Source: an uncultured Candidatus Saccharibacteria bacterium (GTDB lineage: Bacteria > Patescibacteriota > Minisyncoccia > Phycocordibacterales > Zambryskibacteraceae). From it: a DNA stretch of 64,000 bases. Shown one piece after another: positions 10,401 to 20,213 of this stretch (positions are counted from its first letter, which is position 1; each line of letters begins with the position of its first letter). A program made the translations under genes and the position numbers. The notes under the pieces are model-generated. The model was not told the DNA's origin. It saw only the letters and a program-made list of their open reading frames with translations, and did no database searches. Location: the NCBI GenBank assembly GCA_964357635.1, contig CAYHLZ010000001.1:198674-262673 (forward strand), written 5' to 3'.

Positions 10401-13400
10401 TTCGAGAAGCCAGTTCTTGAAAAATCAGTGCCTGTTCAGAAGAAATACCAAATCTTTTAAGAGCATGTACGCTTTCTTGATTTGCTTTATCAATAATACT
10501 TACTGGGTTTTTTAAATTGCGATACTTTTTAATTACGCTGGTAAGATCCTCTAGGTTTGTTGAATAAGCATTAATAAAAATTATTTTTGTAGACTCATTT
10601 GGTTTTAGGTTTATTTTTTTCTGTAGGCTGAAGATGGAGTCTAGGGTGTAGTCCTTATCGTGACTCACACTTTCTTCGTGGTTAAAAATGTATGGAGAAA
10701 CAGTTGAACCTCTTCTTCCTAAAAACGATTCGCGAGAAGTATTGTATTTTATAACCTCATTTTTAACCTTATTATCAGCCATAAAATGAGCAAAATAGAA
10801 CTTTTTTGTTTTGTCAGGTAAATTATTTCTAGTGAAAACTAAAGATTTGTGTTCTTTGAGGAATTCTGATTTGATGAAAAGTCTTTGATATGCGGGATGT
10901 CCGATATCTTCTCCTTGTGAAGCCAGCACTACCTCTCCGTAACTAGAAACTTCAAAAGACTGTTGAAACTCATTTTGATTTGTTATTGTTAATTCTCTAA
11001 TCTCAACATTATCTTCTGGTGGTACAGAGATTTTAAGGATAGTGTCAATACCTTTGTTTGTTTGGTAAAACTCTGCTTTGTTCTCAGAAAAGATAACTTT
11101 ATAATTCTTCCCCAGAACTTTGGTTGGATGAAAAGTTGGTGACCACAAGCTGTTATCGTCAAGGTTACGAACATAAAGAAATGTGCCGGAACCCTCAAGA
11201 ACCGCGTCTTCTTTAAACCGTGTAAGTAGCAGATTATTGTACTTACTGTAACCACATCCAGTATTGCTTATTGACACTGAATAATTTCCATTAGAAAGAA
11301 AGGCAAACCTCGGCGTTTGGGTTCTCAGTGGAATATATTGTTTTACTAAGTGTCCAGAGTCAGTCGTATTTGAATAATCAATTAACAATCTTGATGTAAT
11401 TTTTGTCGGTTTGACTGGAGTTATGGCCCTAACCTTTTCTTCAAGCAATACTTCAACCGACGCTACTAGCGGATCTTCGTTAAAGAGTTTTCTTATTCGT
11501 TTGTCGTTTAGGGCGTTATTAAGATTACTCATAATAAATCCTTGGTGGTGTGCATAGTAAACCTTAGTAGCTACCCCACCCCTCTTTCTTTCCTTACTGG
11601 GCGTGTAATCAATAGCATCATAAAAACCGTAGCTACTGACCCCGCCTTGAAACATAAGTTTCTCTAAATTTTTTATTGAATTCTTAGGTTCAAATAAAAG
11701 TGACAGTACTGTTGTATATGGTGCTACCACTAGATAGTCGCCCAGACTTCTTTTAAGCCCGATATTTGGAACACCAAATGTTTGATACTCGTAATTCTTG
11801 TTTGCATTTAAGAGGTTATAAGCAGACTCGCCCATCCCCCAAGGGATGCCATATTTTTTAGCGTAACTAATATGAGCTTTTACGGCGGCCCTAGCATTTT
11901 TCCCCAAAAGACTTTCGTTGGTAACATCTAGGAAAATTAAAGAAGTTACATGTTCAAACAGTGATCCGCCCCACGAATAAAGAACCGGATTACTTCCAGA
12001 TTTAACAAACTTTCTGTTCAAGTGGAACCAGTGCTTCTTGGGTGCTTGATTTTTTAGTACCGCAATAAAACTTATGATATTGGTTTCTGAAGCAAGGAAA
12101 TCATAATAAGAACTGTCAATCTTATTAAATGTTGCATTGTAACCTATGTGGAAGAGTCCTCTTTCTTTGTTATATAGAAATCTAAAATCTGTTTCTTCAA
12201 AGATTTTATCGCACTGAACCACTAGTTTGTTGTAACTGTCAAAAAGTTTTGATGCGTTTTGTTCAGAAATCTCTACAATTTCAAGGATTCCCAAAAACCA
12301 AGTACGCACACTTTCTTTGTCTGTTTCTTCCAGAGAATAGCTTTCAATTTCAACTTCAATATCTAAATCCCGCACTGCCAAACTTAGTCTGGATTCTTTT
12401 AAGTCTAGTAGTGTGGGACACTGATTGAGTAAATGGAGAAGCTTCTCATATTTAATAGAAAAGTTTTTATAGCGTTTTAATTTATGAATAGCCGGAAAAT
12501 CGGAAACAATCTTAGAAAACGAAAATAAGTCTCTTGTTTCTTTCCTATATAGACTAATCAGGTTCTCAAGATTCTGAATCCAATAGTAAATATCCTGCAT
12601 GTTTTCTTTGCTATCTACGGCAACCATTTCGGTAATCAGCTTTTTTAACTCATGACTAGAATCTGATAATGAGAATAAAATTTCTTCAAATCCGGAGAGG
12701 GTTAGTTCAATATTGTGTTGCTTAAGACTATTTAAGGCTTTGCTGGAACTATTAATGATTTTGTTTAATTGTTCAACTTTTTCATTGTCATGTTTTTTTG
12801 TCTTGTCTCGCCTTATATTCTCTATAACAACGCTTGATTCTTTTGCAATAGAGACAAGAATATCGCTTAATCCTTGAACAACATTCTCTCCGATAGTCGG
12901 CTTTTTTAGAATATCTAAAATTCCCTGCTTCAAAGTAATAATTGACGCTAAAAAGTTGGCGCTATCAACACTGGAAACATATTGAGGGATAAGGGGTTTT
13001 AATAGTTTAATGTCATACCAGTTATAAAAATGACCTTGATAACGCTCAAGTTTGTTCAAGCTGTTGAATGTGTTGGTAAGTCTAGTTTTCAACTCGCTAA
13101 TTCCTATGTAACCAAAATCGTAAGCAGAAAGTAGAGAGAGAAGACCCATACCAATATTGGTTGGGGAGGTGGTGTTGTTTGAAGCTATAAGTGTTTTTTC
13201 TTCTTGAAAATGATCTGGTATTAACCAGTTATTTTCTGCGTTTGTAAATTCTAAGAAGTAACGGGAGCTTTTACATGCGATATGACGAAGAAGTTCCCTT
13301 TCCTTGGGCATAAAACTAATTGTGTCGGGTCTAGGACGACCCAGCCCATAGGCAATAAGAGGAGAGAGAATCCAAAGTACGCTCCAAATATATATGGGAA

Positions 13401-16260
13401 ATGCAGACGCATTAATGTTAATAAAAATTGAAATAAGCAATAATGACCCGGCTTGCGTAAACCACATAGTTGAATAAATCTCAAGTAAGGTACCTTTCAG
13501 TTTTTTTGCCACTTCCCCAGAACTTTGCCATCTAAGCATGTGCTTTCTGGTCAAATATTTATGGATAAAAGTGCTTACAATGGCACTAATGGCAACTCCA
13601 GCGTTATAAAAAAGAAACACACCACTTACCAGCACCTGCACCACAGCAAATACTGATTCGTTGATAAACGAACTAATTTTATTTTTCAAAGTGGAACTTC
13701 TTTCCCATTTAAGCAGTCCAATACAAACAGAAAATATAAATGGAGAACTCAAGATTATGATTATATAAACACTCCCCCAATACATGTTTGGACTAGATAA
13801 GCCCCATGACAGTAAGAGAAAAGCTAGTGAAACTATCGGAATAGAGCTTCTTCTTAGGTTATCGAAAATTTTCCACCTTGAAACAAAAGAAAATTCATTT
13901 TTTATTAAAGTGCCGTTACCGAGCCGGACTCTTGGAAAAAGCCAGTCAATAATTTGCCAATCGCCACGTGTCCACCGATGTAGACGTGAGACATATTCAT
14001 GATATTGAGAAGGAAAATCATCAGATAATTGGATGTCTGTAGCTAGTCCTGCTCGAGCATACAATCCCTCTAAGAGGTCATGACTAAGAACCGTATTGTC
14101 AGGAATCTTCCCTGCCATCGTTTTTTCAAAAATGTCTATATCATAGATACCCTTACCGAAAAATATTCCACTTTTAAACAAATCTTGATACACATCAGCC
14201 ACCACACTAGAATACGAGTCTATGCCAGAGGCGGAGGAAAAAAATTTAGAAAATAATGATTTGTTAGATGTTTTTAGTGACGTGGATACGCGAGGCTGGA
14301 TTATGCCATAACCACCACGTACAACATTTGTTTTCTCATCAAGGATAGCTCTATTGAGAGGATGTGCGATGCACCCAATGAGCTGACTTGCCGACTCTTT
14401 GGGCATTCGCGTGTCTTCATCTAGAGTTATTACATACTTAATGTTTCTAGGTAATTGAGAGAATTTATTGTTATCAATTATGTATGTGGTGTTTTGAGAC
14501 CCACGAATTAGCTGGTTAAACTCTCTTAATTTGCCTCTCTTTCTTTCCCAACCCATAAAGACGTTTTCTTTTGGGTTCCACAGGCGTTTCCTGTAAAATA
14601 GAAAAAACTTTCTTTCTCCGTTAGAGTATTTTTTATTTAGTTTATTAATCTCATCAGATACATAGATGGTTAGCCCTCTATCTTTCGGCATACTTTCCTC
14701 TAGTGCATCGGTAAAGTCCATCAATAATCCGAAAAAGATATTTTTGTCCTTATTACTTAGGTAATTTACTTCAAGTCGCCTTAATAGTTCGTTAATAGAA
14801 CTTATGTTTCTAAACATCCCCGACGTAACCACAAAGGTTCTAAATTCATCAGGTACTCCATTTTTAAAATCAAACTTAGGTAATGATTTTATCGGCAAAA
14901 AACTTACGATTAAAGAATTTAATAAGTTGGTACCCACTTCACTACTCAAAATAAAGATGAGGACAGCTGTTAGAGCCAAATACAGTCCGCTGGTATATTG
15001 AGCAACATAAAAGGAGACAAGTGCTGATATGCTAAGACAAACCAAAGAGATGCTAGTAAAATAAAATAAACTGGGATTATTGAGCAGTAAACGCCCATAT
15101 TTTTCAAAAAAAGTAGGTTTATAGCTAAACTTTTTTTCAAGTTCATCTCTGCCTTGCCCAATAAGATAGTGGCCGATATGTGCTTTTATAGAACCGTCAT
15201 CTTCAATCTGCCCACTTTCTGTTTTTTTACTGTGAGTAAGTTTAAGAGCATGTTTGGCAATTTCTGCTTCGTGTATACCAGTTACGTCAGCAACCCGAAC
15301 AACCGCATCTTTGTATAGGTTCTTGGTGCGATCATCAAGTGCCGTATAAACTCCAGCGGGATCATTGTGAAATATTTTATCAACCACGTTTACGTTACCC
15401 ACAAAGTCGCCCCACTGCACTTGGTTTAACCATCGCAAGCTCTCAAAAATATTTGATATCAAAACTCTTCTCTTATCTCGCTCATCACCTTCAATCTTGG
15501 CTAAATCCTTTATATCAATCCCCTGCTTTAATAGGTTTGACTTCAACCATTTGGTAACAGGGCGCGCTACGGGTTCGTAATGGGACAGTCTCTGCAGAAG
15601 ATAGAAGCCGAAATTTACAGGGATAATGTTGTATTTTGAAGTAAGTTCGTGAATAATCTCGGAGAATTGAGAGATGCGTTTTTGTTTAGTTTTTTTTATT
15701 ATTTGTTTAAACCAGAACTCTGCTTCATTAAACTCTATGGAAGAAAGAAGAATTCGTTCTATTAGATATTGAATGTTCTCCACCAGAATTATCTTTAAAA
15801 TAGTGGGAGTGGCATAGAGCTCTCGGAGAGTTAGTGGGGTGTGTTTCTGATAGGAGTTTATGAACTTCTCCATTACTTGTTTATCAATTTCGTTCTTGTT
15901 TGCCTTCAGTAATTCAGAAAAAATGAAGTAGGTTCTGGGAACAAAGTTTTGTCCACTCTTAGAAATCTGTGGTAATTTCAGAAATTCTTTTTTTACAATT
16001 CCATTTTCAATGTCAGAAATCGCATTTTCTATAATATAAAAATTATCAACCAACTCTGCCTCTTGAGTCAGGTAACTAGAACTGGTAATACTTTTTATAA
16101 AATTATTGTAGAGTTTGTAGGTACTGCGAACCTTTTTTTGTAAGTTATTAAAAAATGATTCAGCGGGTTTCGGTTTGGAAAAAAGAATGCCTCTTTTACT
16201 TAAATCTGAAGCAAGTTTATCAATTTTCTTAAGATTAACTGCTTCTAATAAATCGCTCAT
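7477..16260 (-). CDS. ndvB: Cyclic beta-1,2-glucan synthase (Cgs/NdvB/ChvB-like): glycosyltransferase region + cyclization domain + GH94 phosphorylase
   Basis: 2927 aa; GWERKRGKL, SHDLLEG, RWTRGDWQ, TSPTNIG, WGMGES, GAFGFRDQLQD, GDWNDG, PGVRENG, GRGGWTWYTG; transmembrane cluster. Confidence 0.93.
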   Translation of the reverse strand: MSDLLEAVNLKKIDKLASDLSKRGILFSKPKPAESFFNNLQKKVRSTYKLYNNFIKSITSSSYLTQEAELVDNFYIIENAISDIENGIVKKEFLKLPQISKSGQNFVPRTYFIFSELLKANKNEIDKQVMEKFINSYQKHTPLTLRELYATPTILKIILVENIQYLIERILLSSIEFNEAEFWFKQIIKKTKQKRISQFSEIIHELTSKYNIIPVNFGFYLLQRLSHYEPVARPVTKWLKSNLLKQGIDIKDLAKIEGDERDKRRVLISNIFESLRWLNQVQWGDFVGNVNVVDKIFHNDPAGVYTALDDRTKNLYKDAVVRVADVTGIHEAEIAKHALKLTHSKKTESGQIEDDGSIKAHIGHYLIGQGRDELEKKFSYKPTFFEKYGRLLLNNPSLFYFTSISLVCLSISALVSFYVAQYTSGLYLALTAVLIFILSSEVGTNLLNSLIVSFLPIKSLPKFDFKNGVPDEFRTFVVTSGMFRNISSINELLRRLEVNYLSNKDKNIFFGLLMDFTDALEESMPKDRGLTIYVSDEINKLNKKYSNGERKFFLFYRKRLWNPKENVFMGWERKRGKLREFNQLIRGSQNTTYIIDNNKFSQLPRNIKYVITLDEDTRMPKESASQLIGCIAHPLNRAILDEKTNVVRGGYGIIQPRVSTSLKTSNKSLFSKFFSSASGIDSYSSVVADVYQDLFKSGIFFGKGIYDIDIFEKTMAGKIPDNTVLSHDLLEGLYARAGLATDIQLSDDFPSQYHEYVSRLHRWTRGDWQIIDWLFPRVRLGNGTLIKNEFSFVSRWKIFDNLRRSSIPIVSLAFLLLSWGLSSPNMYWGSVYIIIILSSPFIFSVCIGLLKWERSSTLKNKISSFINESVFAVVQVLVSGVFLFYNAGVAISAIVSTFIHKYLTRKHMLRWQSSGEVAKKLKGTLLEIYSTMWFTQAGSLLLISIFININASAFPIYIWSVLWILSPLIAYGLGRPRPDTISFMPKERELLRHIACKSSRYFLEFTNAENNWLIPDHFQEEKTLIASNNTTSPTNIGMGLLSLLSAYDFGYIGISELKTRLTNTFNSLNKLERYQGHFYNWYDIKLLKPLIPQYVSSVDSANFLASIITLKQGILDILKKPTIGENVVQGLSDILVSIAKESSVVIENIRRDKTKKHDNEKVEQLNKIINSSSKALNSLKQHNIELTLSGFEEILFSLSDSSHELKKLITEMVAVDSKENMQDIYYWIQNLENLISLYRKETRDLFSFSKIVSDFPAIHKLKRYKNFSIKYEKLLHLLNQCPTLLDLKESRLSLAVRDLDIEVEIESYSLEETDKESVRTWFLGILEIVEISEQNASKLFDSYNKLVVQCDKIFEETDFRFLYNKERGLFHIGYNATFNKIDSSYYDFLASETNIISFIAVLKNQAPKKHWFHLNRKFVKSGSNPVLYSWGGSLFEHVTSLIFLDVTNESLLGKNARAAVKAHISYAKKYGIPWGMGESAYNLLNANKNYEYQTFGVPNIGLKRSLGDYLVVAPYTTVLSLLFEPKNSIKNLEKLMFQGGVSSYGFYDAIDYTPSKERKRGGVATKVYYAHHQGFIMSNLNNALNDKRIRKLFNEDPLVASVEVLLEEKVRAITPVKPTKITSRLLIDYSNTTDSGHLVKQYIPLRTQTPRFAFLSNGNYSVSISNTGCGYSKYNNLLLTRFKEDAVLEGSGTFLYVRNLDDNSLWSPTFHPTKVLGKNYKVIFSENKAEFYQTNKGIDTILKISVPPEDNVEIRELTITNQNEFQQSFEVSSYGEVVLASQGEDIGHPAYQRLFIKSEFLKEHKSLVFTRNNLPDKTKKFYFAHFMADNKVKNEVIKYNTSRESFLGRRGSTVSPYIFNHEESVSHDKDYTLDSIFSLQKKINLKPNESTKIIFINAYSTNLEDLTSVIKKYRNLKNPVSIIDKANQESVHALKRFGISSEQALIFQELASRILAGGYLRDKPTNVSPAFPMIHSLWKYGISGDTPIIVVKIKDIEDINFIKNVLLCYRYLTYKGLNIDIVIYNEHPGGYIKTLHDEIDFIIRYNKLVENNHSNGKVFHLKTNFMSVEDRHSILFNASAIFDSEEGNLEYQIKTRNRKPNIKPLPNIFKSSKELPEKEVALKPSNSLSFYNGLGGFDETKKEYVMHLSQDLKTPASWVNVISNPQFGFMVSEGGSSHTWSVDSYDNRLTSWAADSLLDASGEILYIRDEKTGELWSPTPYPLGEDRSYTVKHGRGYSTFEHKRGSLEHKLLMFVPTTEKIKIFKLTIKNTGTETRNLSVTGFFELVLGVNYEQTKRSLITSTDNKTKAVITQNIVRNHFQGNLVFLDMNKGNYAISTSREEFFGRGGSVKSPEALKKEKLSNEIKYEPDHSVSLQTVVNLKSGEEKSVLILLGEGENIEEIRKLVTTYRKLPKITEALAQVERYWDQISRSITISTPDESLDIMFNDWILYQILSSRIFTKAGYSQPSGAFGFRDQLQDITAFIYSNPDLVRKVILDAAEHQFVEGDVQTWWHEHNNFGMRSVMSDHQLWLPHIVCSYVEITGDFSIFDERMPFLEGPALDFKNKKEWVGVPEITKGKYSLFEHCTRAIDKSLFFGEHGLPLIGKGDWNDGFNEVGINGKGESVWSGFFLYSILTRFSEVCTKLNDVEHLDKYRNIAESIKNALEIHGWDGSWYRRAYFDDGAPLGSHLNEEIKIDSITQSWAVLSRAGTEERAREAMDAVEKYLMPDKKLLKLLAPPIAKSSMRVGYTGDYPPGVRENGSQYNHAALWVAQAFATLGEGDKAKNIIDLINPINRSRSPEGVTQYRVEPYVVASDIYSKPSYEGRGGWTWYTGAAGLMYRTTLEFILGIKISKSKLIINPCIPKDWKEFKVSYFFKSTSYKITVKNPLGLSRGVKSIAVNGKMLDSKEIILSSDGKIYNVEVIMGD

Positions 16261-16316
16261 TCTATATGTTTGTGCTAAGGAGCAGGTTTAAACATCTTTA
16301 TTTTTAAAAAACTAAA

Positions 16317-16799
16317 CTAACGAACCGTTAAAGTACCCCACATCCCTTGTGCCCTATGGTTACCGACTGAACAGTAGTACTCAAAGCTTCCTGCCTTGTC
16401 TGCTACGAAGGTTATGGTTTGTTGTTCTCCCGTGCTGAGTAACCGAGTGGCAGCCTTAAATTCATCTATCTTGAGGTCGTGAGTACCACCGGTGTTTCTG
16501 AATGTAATTTTTACTGTATCCCCTTTGTTAACCGTTAAACTAGACGGCTTGAAAGAGAACATTTCATTATCAACAGTAAATTCCTTAACTGCAGGGGTAA
16601 GAGATGTCGCAGAAGGAGCGGGGCTCGGAACTGGTGCTGACTCGTTCCCGACAATCATTTCATCAACTTCGCTCCCCGGAACTGGCATCGTATTTTCCAC
16701 CTCTATTTCTGTTGGGGCTACGCTCTTGTTTTTGAATAAAAGAAATCCACCAGTAAGCACAAGAAGTATTAATAAGGCGACAATCAATTTATTGCTCAT
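16317..16799 (-). CDS. Membrane-anchored cupredoxin-domain protein
   Basis: N-terminal TM; 'F.P..L.V..GD.V', HDL, YYCSVGNHRAQGM (H-C-H-M type 1 copper ligands). Confidence 0.88.
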   Translation of the reverse strand: MSNKLIVALLILLVLTGGFLLFKNKSVAPTEIEVENTMPVPGSEVDEMIVGNESAPVPSPAPSATSLTPAVKEFTVDNEMFSFKPSSLTVNKGDTVKITFRNTGGTHDLKIDEFKAATRLLSTGEQQTITFVADKAGSFEYYCSVGNHRAQGMWGTLTVR

Positions 16800-16829
16800 G
16801 TTGCTCAAATTACGTTTGTATAGACCCAA

Positions 16830-17777
16830 TTATACCTTGAGATATTTGCGTATAGCAAGAGCGCTAGAAAGTGCGCCGATAAATATTCCTGATGCCATAA
16901 TGATAAAAGCGATTTCCAAGAAATGACGGAGGTAATAAGAGAAAATATTGAAACCGATAAAGAAACTCTCGGTTGTCCCTCCAAGCCAATATGTGAGTGG
17001 TAAAAGTAAAATTAGTGTTGAGATGCCGGCCACCACTCCGTAGATAACACCGAGCACTACAAAAGGTCCTTGAATATAGGTCATTGAGGCACCTACTAAG
17101 CGCATCACGCTTATTTCATCTCGAGCCAAGTAGATTGTCAGACGGATAGTGTTGAAAGCAATCAAGATAGAGATAGTGGCGAGAAAAATAGTTAGGGCAA
17201 AGCCTAATTTGTCGGCAGAAGAGATAACTCTAGTGAGTTTATCTATGGCGGCTTTGTTTTGGAAATAATTCACACGGTCAATGATATTGACCGTATCTGG
17301 GGAAAGAGCATTACCGCCTTCTAGAAACTCTGCAACAGAAGCATACTGGGCTGGGTCTCTTGCCTTAATATTGAGAACTGCACCAAGAGGATTTTCTCCG
17401 AGTTCATCAAGGGCAGAGAGGATGGACTGGTCGGATGCGTGTCTTTCTTTGAAAAGAGTCAAGGCTTCTTCACGAGACACGTAGGTGACTAGAGATACTT
17501 CTGGCAGAGATTCAATCGTATGTTTAAGCTCCAAAATAGCCTCTTCCTCGGCGCTCGTTACAAAGGTAACGTTAATATCAATCTTATTTTTTAGCTCAAC
17601 GAGAGTGGTATTTAGAATAGCTCCAGAGAAAGAGATAAGTCCTATAACTAAAAGAGTTACCATCATCACCAAGACAGAGGCAAGAGAAACAGTTGAGTCT
17701 CTCCAGAAATTAAAAAACCCCGTGCGGATAATCCTTTTAACTTTGGTCCAAAACATTTTCTTGTTGGTTTCCGTCAT
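16830..17777 (-). CDS. ftsX: Cell division permease FtsX
   Basis: 4 TM segments; 'NTIRLTI..ARDEI.VMRLVGAS'; downstream of ftsE. Confidence 0.93.
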   Translation of the reverse strand: MTETNKKMFWTKVKRIIRTGFFNFWRDSTVSLASVLVMMVTLLVIGLISFSGAILNTTLVELKNKIDINVTFVTSAEEEAILELKHTIESLPEVSLVTYVSREEALTLFKERHASDQSILSALDELGENPLGAVLNIKARDPAQYASVAEFLEGGNALSPDTVNIIDRVNYFQNKAAIDKLTRVISSADKLGFALTIFLATISILIAFNTIRLTIYLARDEISVMRLVGASMTYIQGPFVVLGVIYGVVAGISTLILLLPLTYWLGGTTESFFIGFNIFSYYLRHFLEIAFIIMASGIFIGALSSALAIRKYLKV

Positions 17778-17779
17778 GT

Positions 17780-18460
17780 TTATACAAAATATTTACCACT
17801 CTTGTCGTCGCGGACAACCCTGCCGTGCTCTATGGCGACAACGCGACGTTTGAGCAAATCAATTATACCCTTATTGTGCGTTGCCAATATCACAGTGGTG
17901 CCGAGATCATTAATCTTCTTAAGTATCTGGACGATGTCGTAAGTGTTGGCAGGATCCAGATTTCCAGTGGGTTCGTCGGCAATGATAATGTCGGGTTCGT
18001 TAACAAGAGCTCGGGCAATGGCAACTCTCTGTTTTTCTCCACCAGAGAGTTCGTGTGGAAAGTTCCAAACCTTGGGTGTTAGGTCAACAAGTTCTAGGAC
18101 GTGTGGTACATCGGACTCTATCTCCTCGTCTGTCCTCCCTGCCGCTTCCATGGTGAAGGCAATATTTTCGTAAACAGTTTTGTTTGGCAGAAGGCGAAAG
18201 TCTTGGAAAACCATACCCACTTTCCTACGGAAGATGTCCATTTCCTTTTTAGTTAGAGAGTGGATGTTGGCTGACTCGTAGTAAACAGCCCCTTCGGTCG
18301 GCTTCTCTTCTGCTAGAAAAAGCTTTAAGAGCGTGGTTTTCCCCGCACCAGAGGGGCCCACAATAGAGACAAATTCTTTGGGCTCTATAGAAAGCGTCAC
18401 CTCTTCAAGAGCTACAGAACTGTCTGGATATACTTTAGAAACACGGTCAAAGACTATCAT
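17780..18460 (-). CDS. ftsE: Cell division ATP-binding protein FtsE
   Basis: [34 protein letters not shown]. Confidence 0.93.
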   Translation of the reverse strand: MIVFDRVSKVYPDSSVALEEVTLSIEPKEFVSIVGPSGAGKTTLLKLFLAEEKPTEGAVYYESANIHSLTKKEMDIFRRKVGMVFQDFRLLPNKTVYENIAFTMEAAGRTDEEIESDVPHVLELVDLTPKVWNFPHELSGGEKQRVAIARALVNEPDIIIADEPTGNLDPANTYDIVQILKKINDLGTTVILATHNKGIIDLLKRRVVAIEHGRVVRDDKSGKYFV

Positions 18461-18519
18461 TTGCTTAATTCTACCATGTGTGGATTCTTGCAACAAGAAA
18501 TATGCTATATTAAGAGTTA

Positions 18520-19107
18520 ATGAAGAAAGAAATTGTCGTCATTATTGCCTTAGTTGCCGCTGGGTTTATCCTTTTTACCGGAACAAAGAGTTTTCAATTA
18601 AATAATCCGGAAGCCAGTTCTCCTTCCCCTATTTCTCTCCCGGCGTTTTTGTTTCCTACTCTAGAAGCACCCACGGCAGACAGAGCAACGGTTGGGAGCG
18701 AAGCTTGGCAAACACTTCAAAATTACCTAACCTTCGCCAAAAATCATGATCTTTCGGGCGTTAAAAGCCTTTCACATCAAATTTCTCCAACATGTGCTGA
18801 CCCGCTAAGAGAAAAAGAGTGCTTCGCCCTCATGGATAGCATTTATTCCCTAGCAGGTGAACTTGACCCAAGGATTTTCAAGTTTATACAGAATGACAAT
18901 AAACAAGTGGTGATGTACACAGATGGACCTGTAGTATTAATTATCTACTTCACTCGCTCGGAAAATAGAATTTTAAAAGTACTTGGCTTAAGAGCTTGTG
19001 TTGAAATGCAGGGTGGAGATCCTTGTGTAGAACCAGACACACTCAAAAATGATGAGGATAAAGATGGTTGGTGGGATACGGTAGAAACTCTTTTCTACAA
19101 CAACTAA
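18520..19107 (+). CDS. Hypothetical membrane-anchored protein with C-terminal DxDxDG motif
   Basis: N-terminal TM, Cys pairs, 'DEDKDGWWD'. Confidence 0.7.
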   Translation: MKKEIVVIIALVAAGFILFTGTKSFQLNNPEASSPSPISLPAFLFPTLEAPTADRATVGSEAWQTLQNYLTFAKNHDLSGVKSLSHQISPTCADPLREKECFALMDSIYSLAGELDPRIFKFIQNDNKQVVMYTDGPVVLIIYFTRSENRILKVLGLRACVEMQGGDPCVEPDTLKNDEDKDGWWDTVETLFYNN

Positions 19108-19109
19108 AA

Positions 19110-20132
19110 CTATTCAATAATGATTTTCGGGAAGAGATAATTCTTTGAGAAATAAAGGAGTATTAAAACAAGGACAAGGAGAAGAATAGCATAAATAATA
19201 TTTTTGGGATGCTGACGTTTTGGCTCAATTAATACGAGGATAAGAAGTGAAATAAAGATTATACCACCTATAACCATATACACGGTTTCTAGGGCTGTTT
19301 TGGGCGCAGTCAAGGCCCTATCTAGAGCAGATACCTCGGAGGTGGGCACATTTGTGGGCAGGACTTCTCTCGTGGCGGTGCTGACATAATCATTGTTTTG
19401 AACTGCGATAAACATCTCCGTTTCAGCAAGGACTTCTGTGTTTTCAGAAAGTACTTCTATCTCGCTTTCTGAAGTAGCAACTTCGCTAGAAACAGAAACT
19501 TCTTCTGCCAAAATAGTTACTTCTGGAGTTTCTTTTACAACTGGAGTCTCTACAACTACAACCGATTGTGGAACGGGTTGTGCGAAGAGTTGCACAACAT
19601 AAATAGTCTCGCGACCATTATAAACTCCAGGCGCCATGGCAATACCTATCTCGGTAAATTTATCATTCAAAATATTGGCACGGTGACCTTCCGAATTCAT
19701 CCAAGCTTGGACAACATCAGAAGATTCTGTGAAGTTAACAGCTAGATTTTCTCCAGCATAAAGAAACTTATATCCTCCTTCGCTAAACCAATACCAAGGA
19801 GTTTTACCGTCTGGACTGTTGTGGGCAAAATAACTTTTCTCTGCCATGTCATTGGCCTTGAGCTGGGCTGCATAAGCAAGAGTTGGATTCTCTGAAAGCA
19901 CTCCGAGATTCTGTGCCAAACGATTTGTGTTGGTAATATCAACCAAAACTCCTGTAATAACTGCCGAGAGGAGATCAGGGTGCCTCGTCATAAAGGAGTT
20001 TAAGAAGAACGCCATATTGAAAATAGCTACGGCGATAAGCGCAATAGAGATAACGCTTTTCTCTCGGACAAAGTGGGGTCTGTAATCGTTCCCTTCGTGA
20101 GGGACGAAGTGGTTTTTCAACCTCTTTCTCAT
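19110..20132 (-). CDS. CAP (SCP) domain membrane protein
   Basis: KANDM..YFAH, GENLA, WMNSEGHRANIL, EIGI. Confidence 0.92.
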   Translation of the reverse strand: MRKRLKNHFVPHEGNDYRPHFVREKSVISIALIAVAIFNMAFFLNSFMTRHPDLLSAVITGVLVDITNTNRLAQNLGVLSENPTLAYAAQLKANDMAEKSYFAHNSPDGKTPWYWFSEGGYKFLYAGENLAVNFTESSDVVQAWMNSEGHRANILNDKFTEIGIAMAPGVYNGRETIYVVQLFAQPVPQSVVVVETPVVKETPEVTILAEEVSVSSEVATSESEIEVLSENTEVLAETEMFIAVQNNDYVSTATREVLPTNVPTSEVSALDRALTAPKTALETVYMVIGGIIFISLLILVLIEPKRQHPKNIIYAILLLVLVLILLYFSKNYLFPKIIIE

Positions 20133-20160
20133 TGCCCTTAATTATGTCACATCTTGAGAC

Positions 20161-20195
20161 AAAAAACCAGCCCCACTTAGTGAAGCTGGTTTTTT
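20161..20195. terminator. Intrinsic terminator, possibly bidirectional
   Basis: AAAAAACCAGC...GCTGGTTTTTT downstream of the large surface protein gene. Confidence 0.7.
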
Positions 20196-20213
20196 GTTTC
20201 TTTTAAGAAAATT

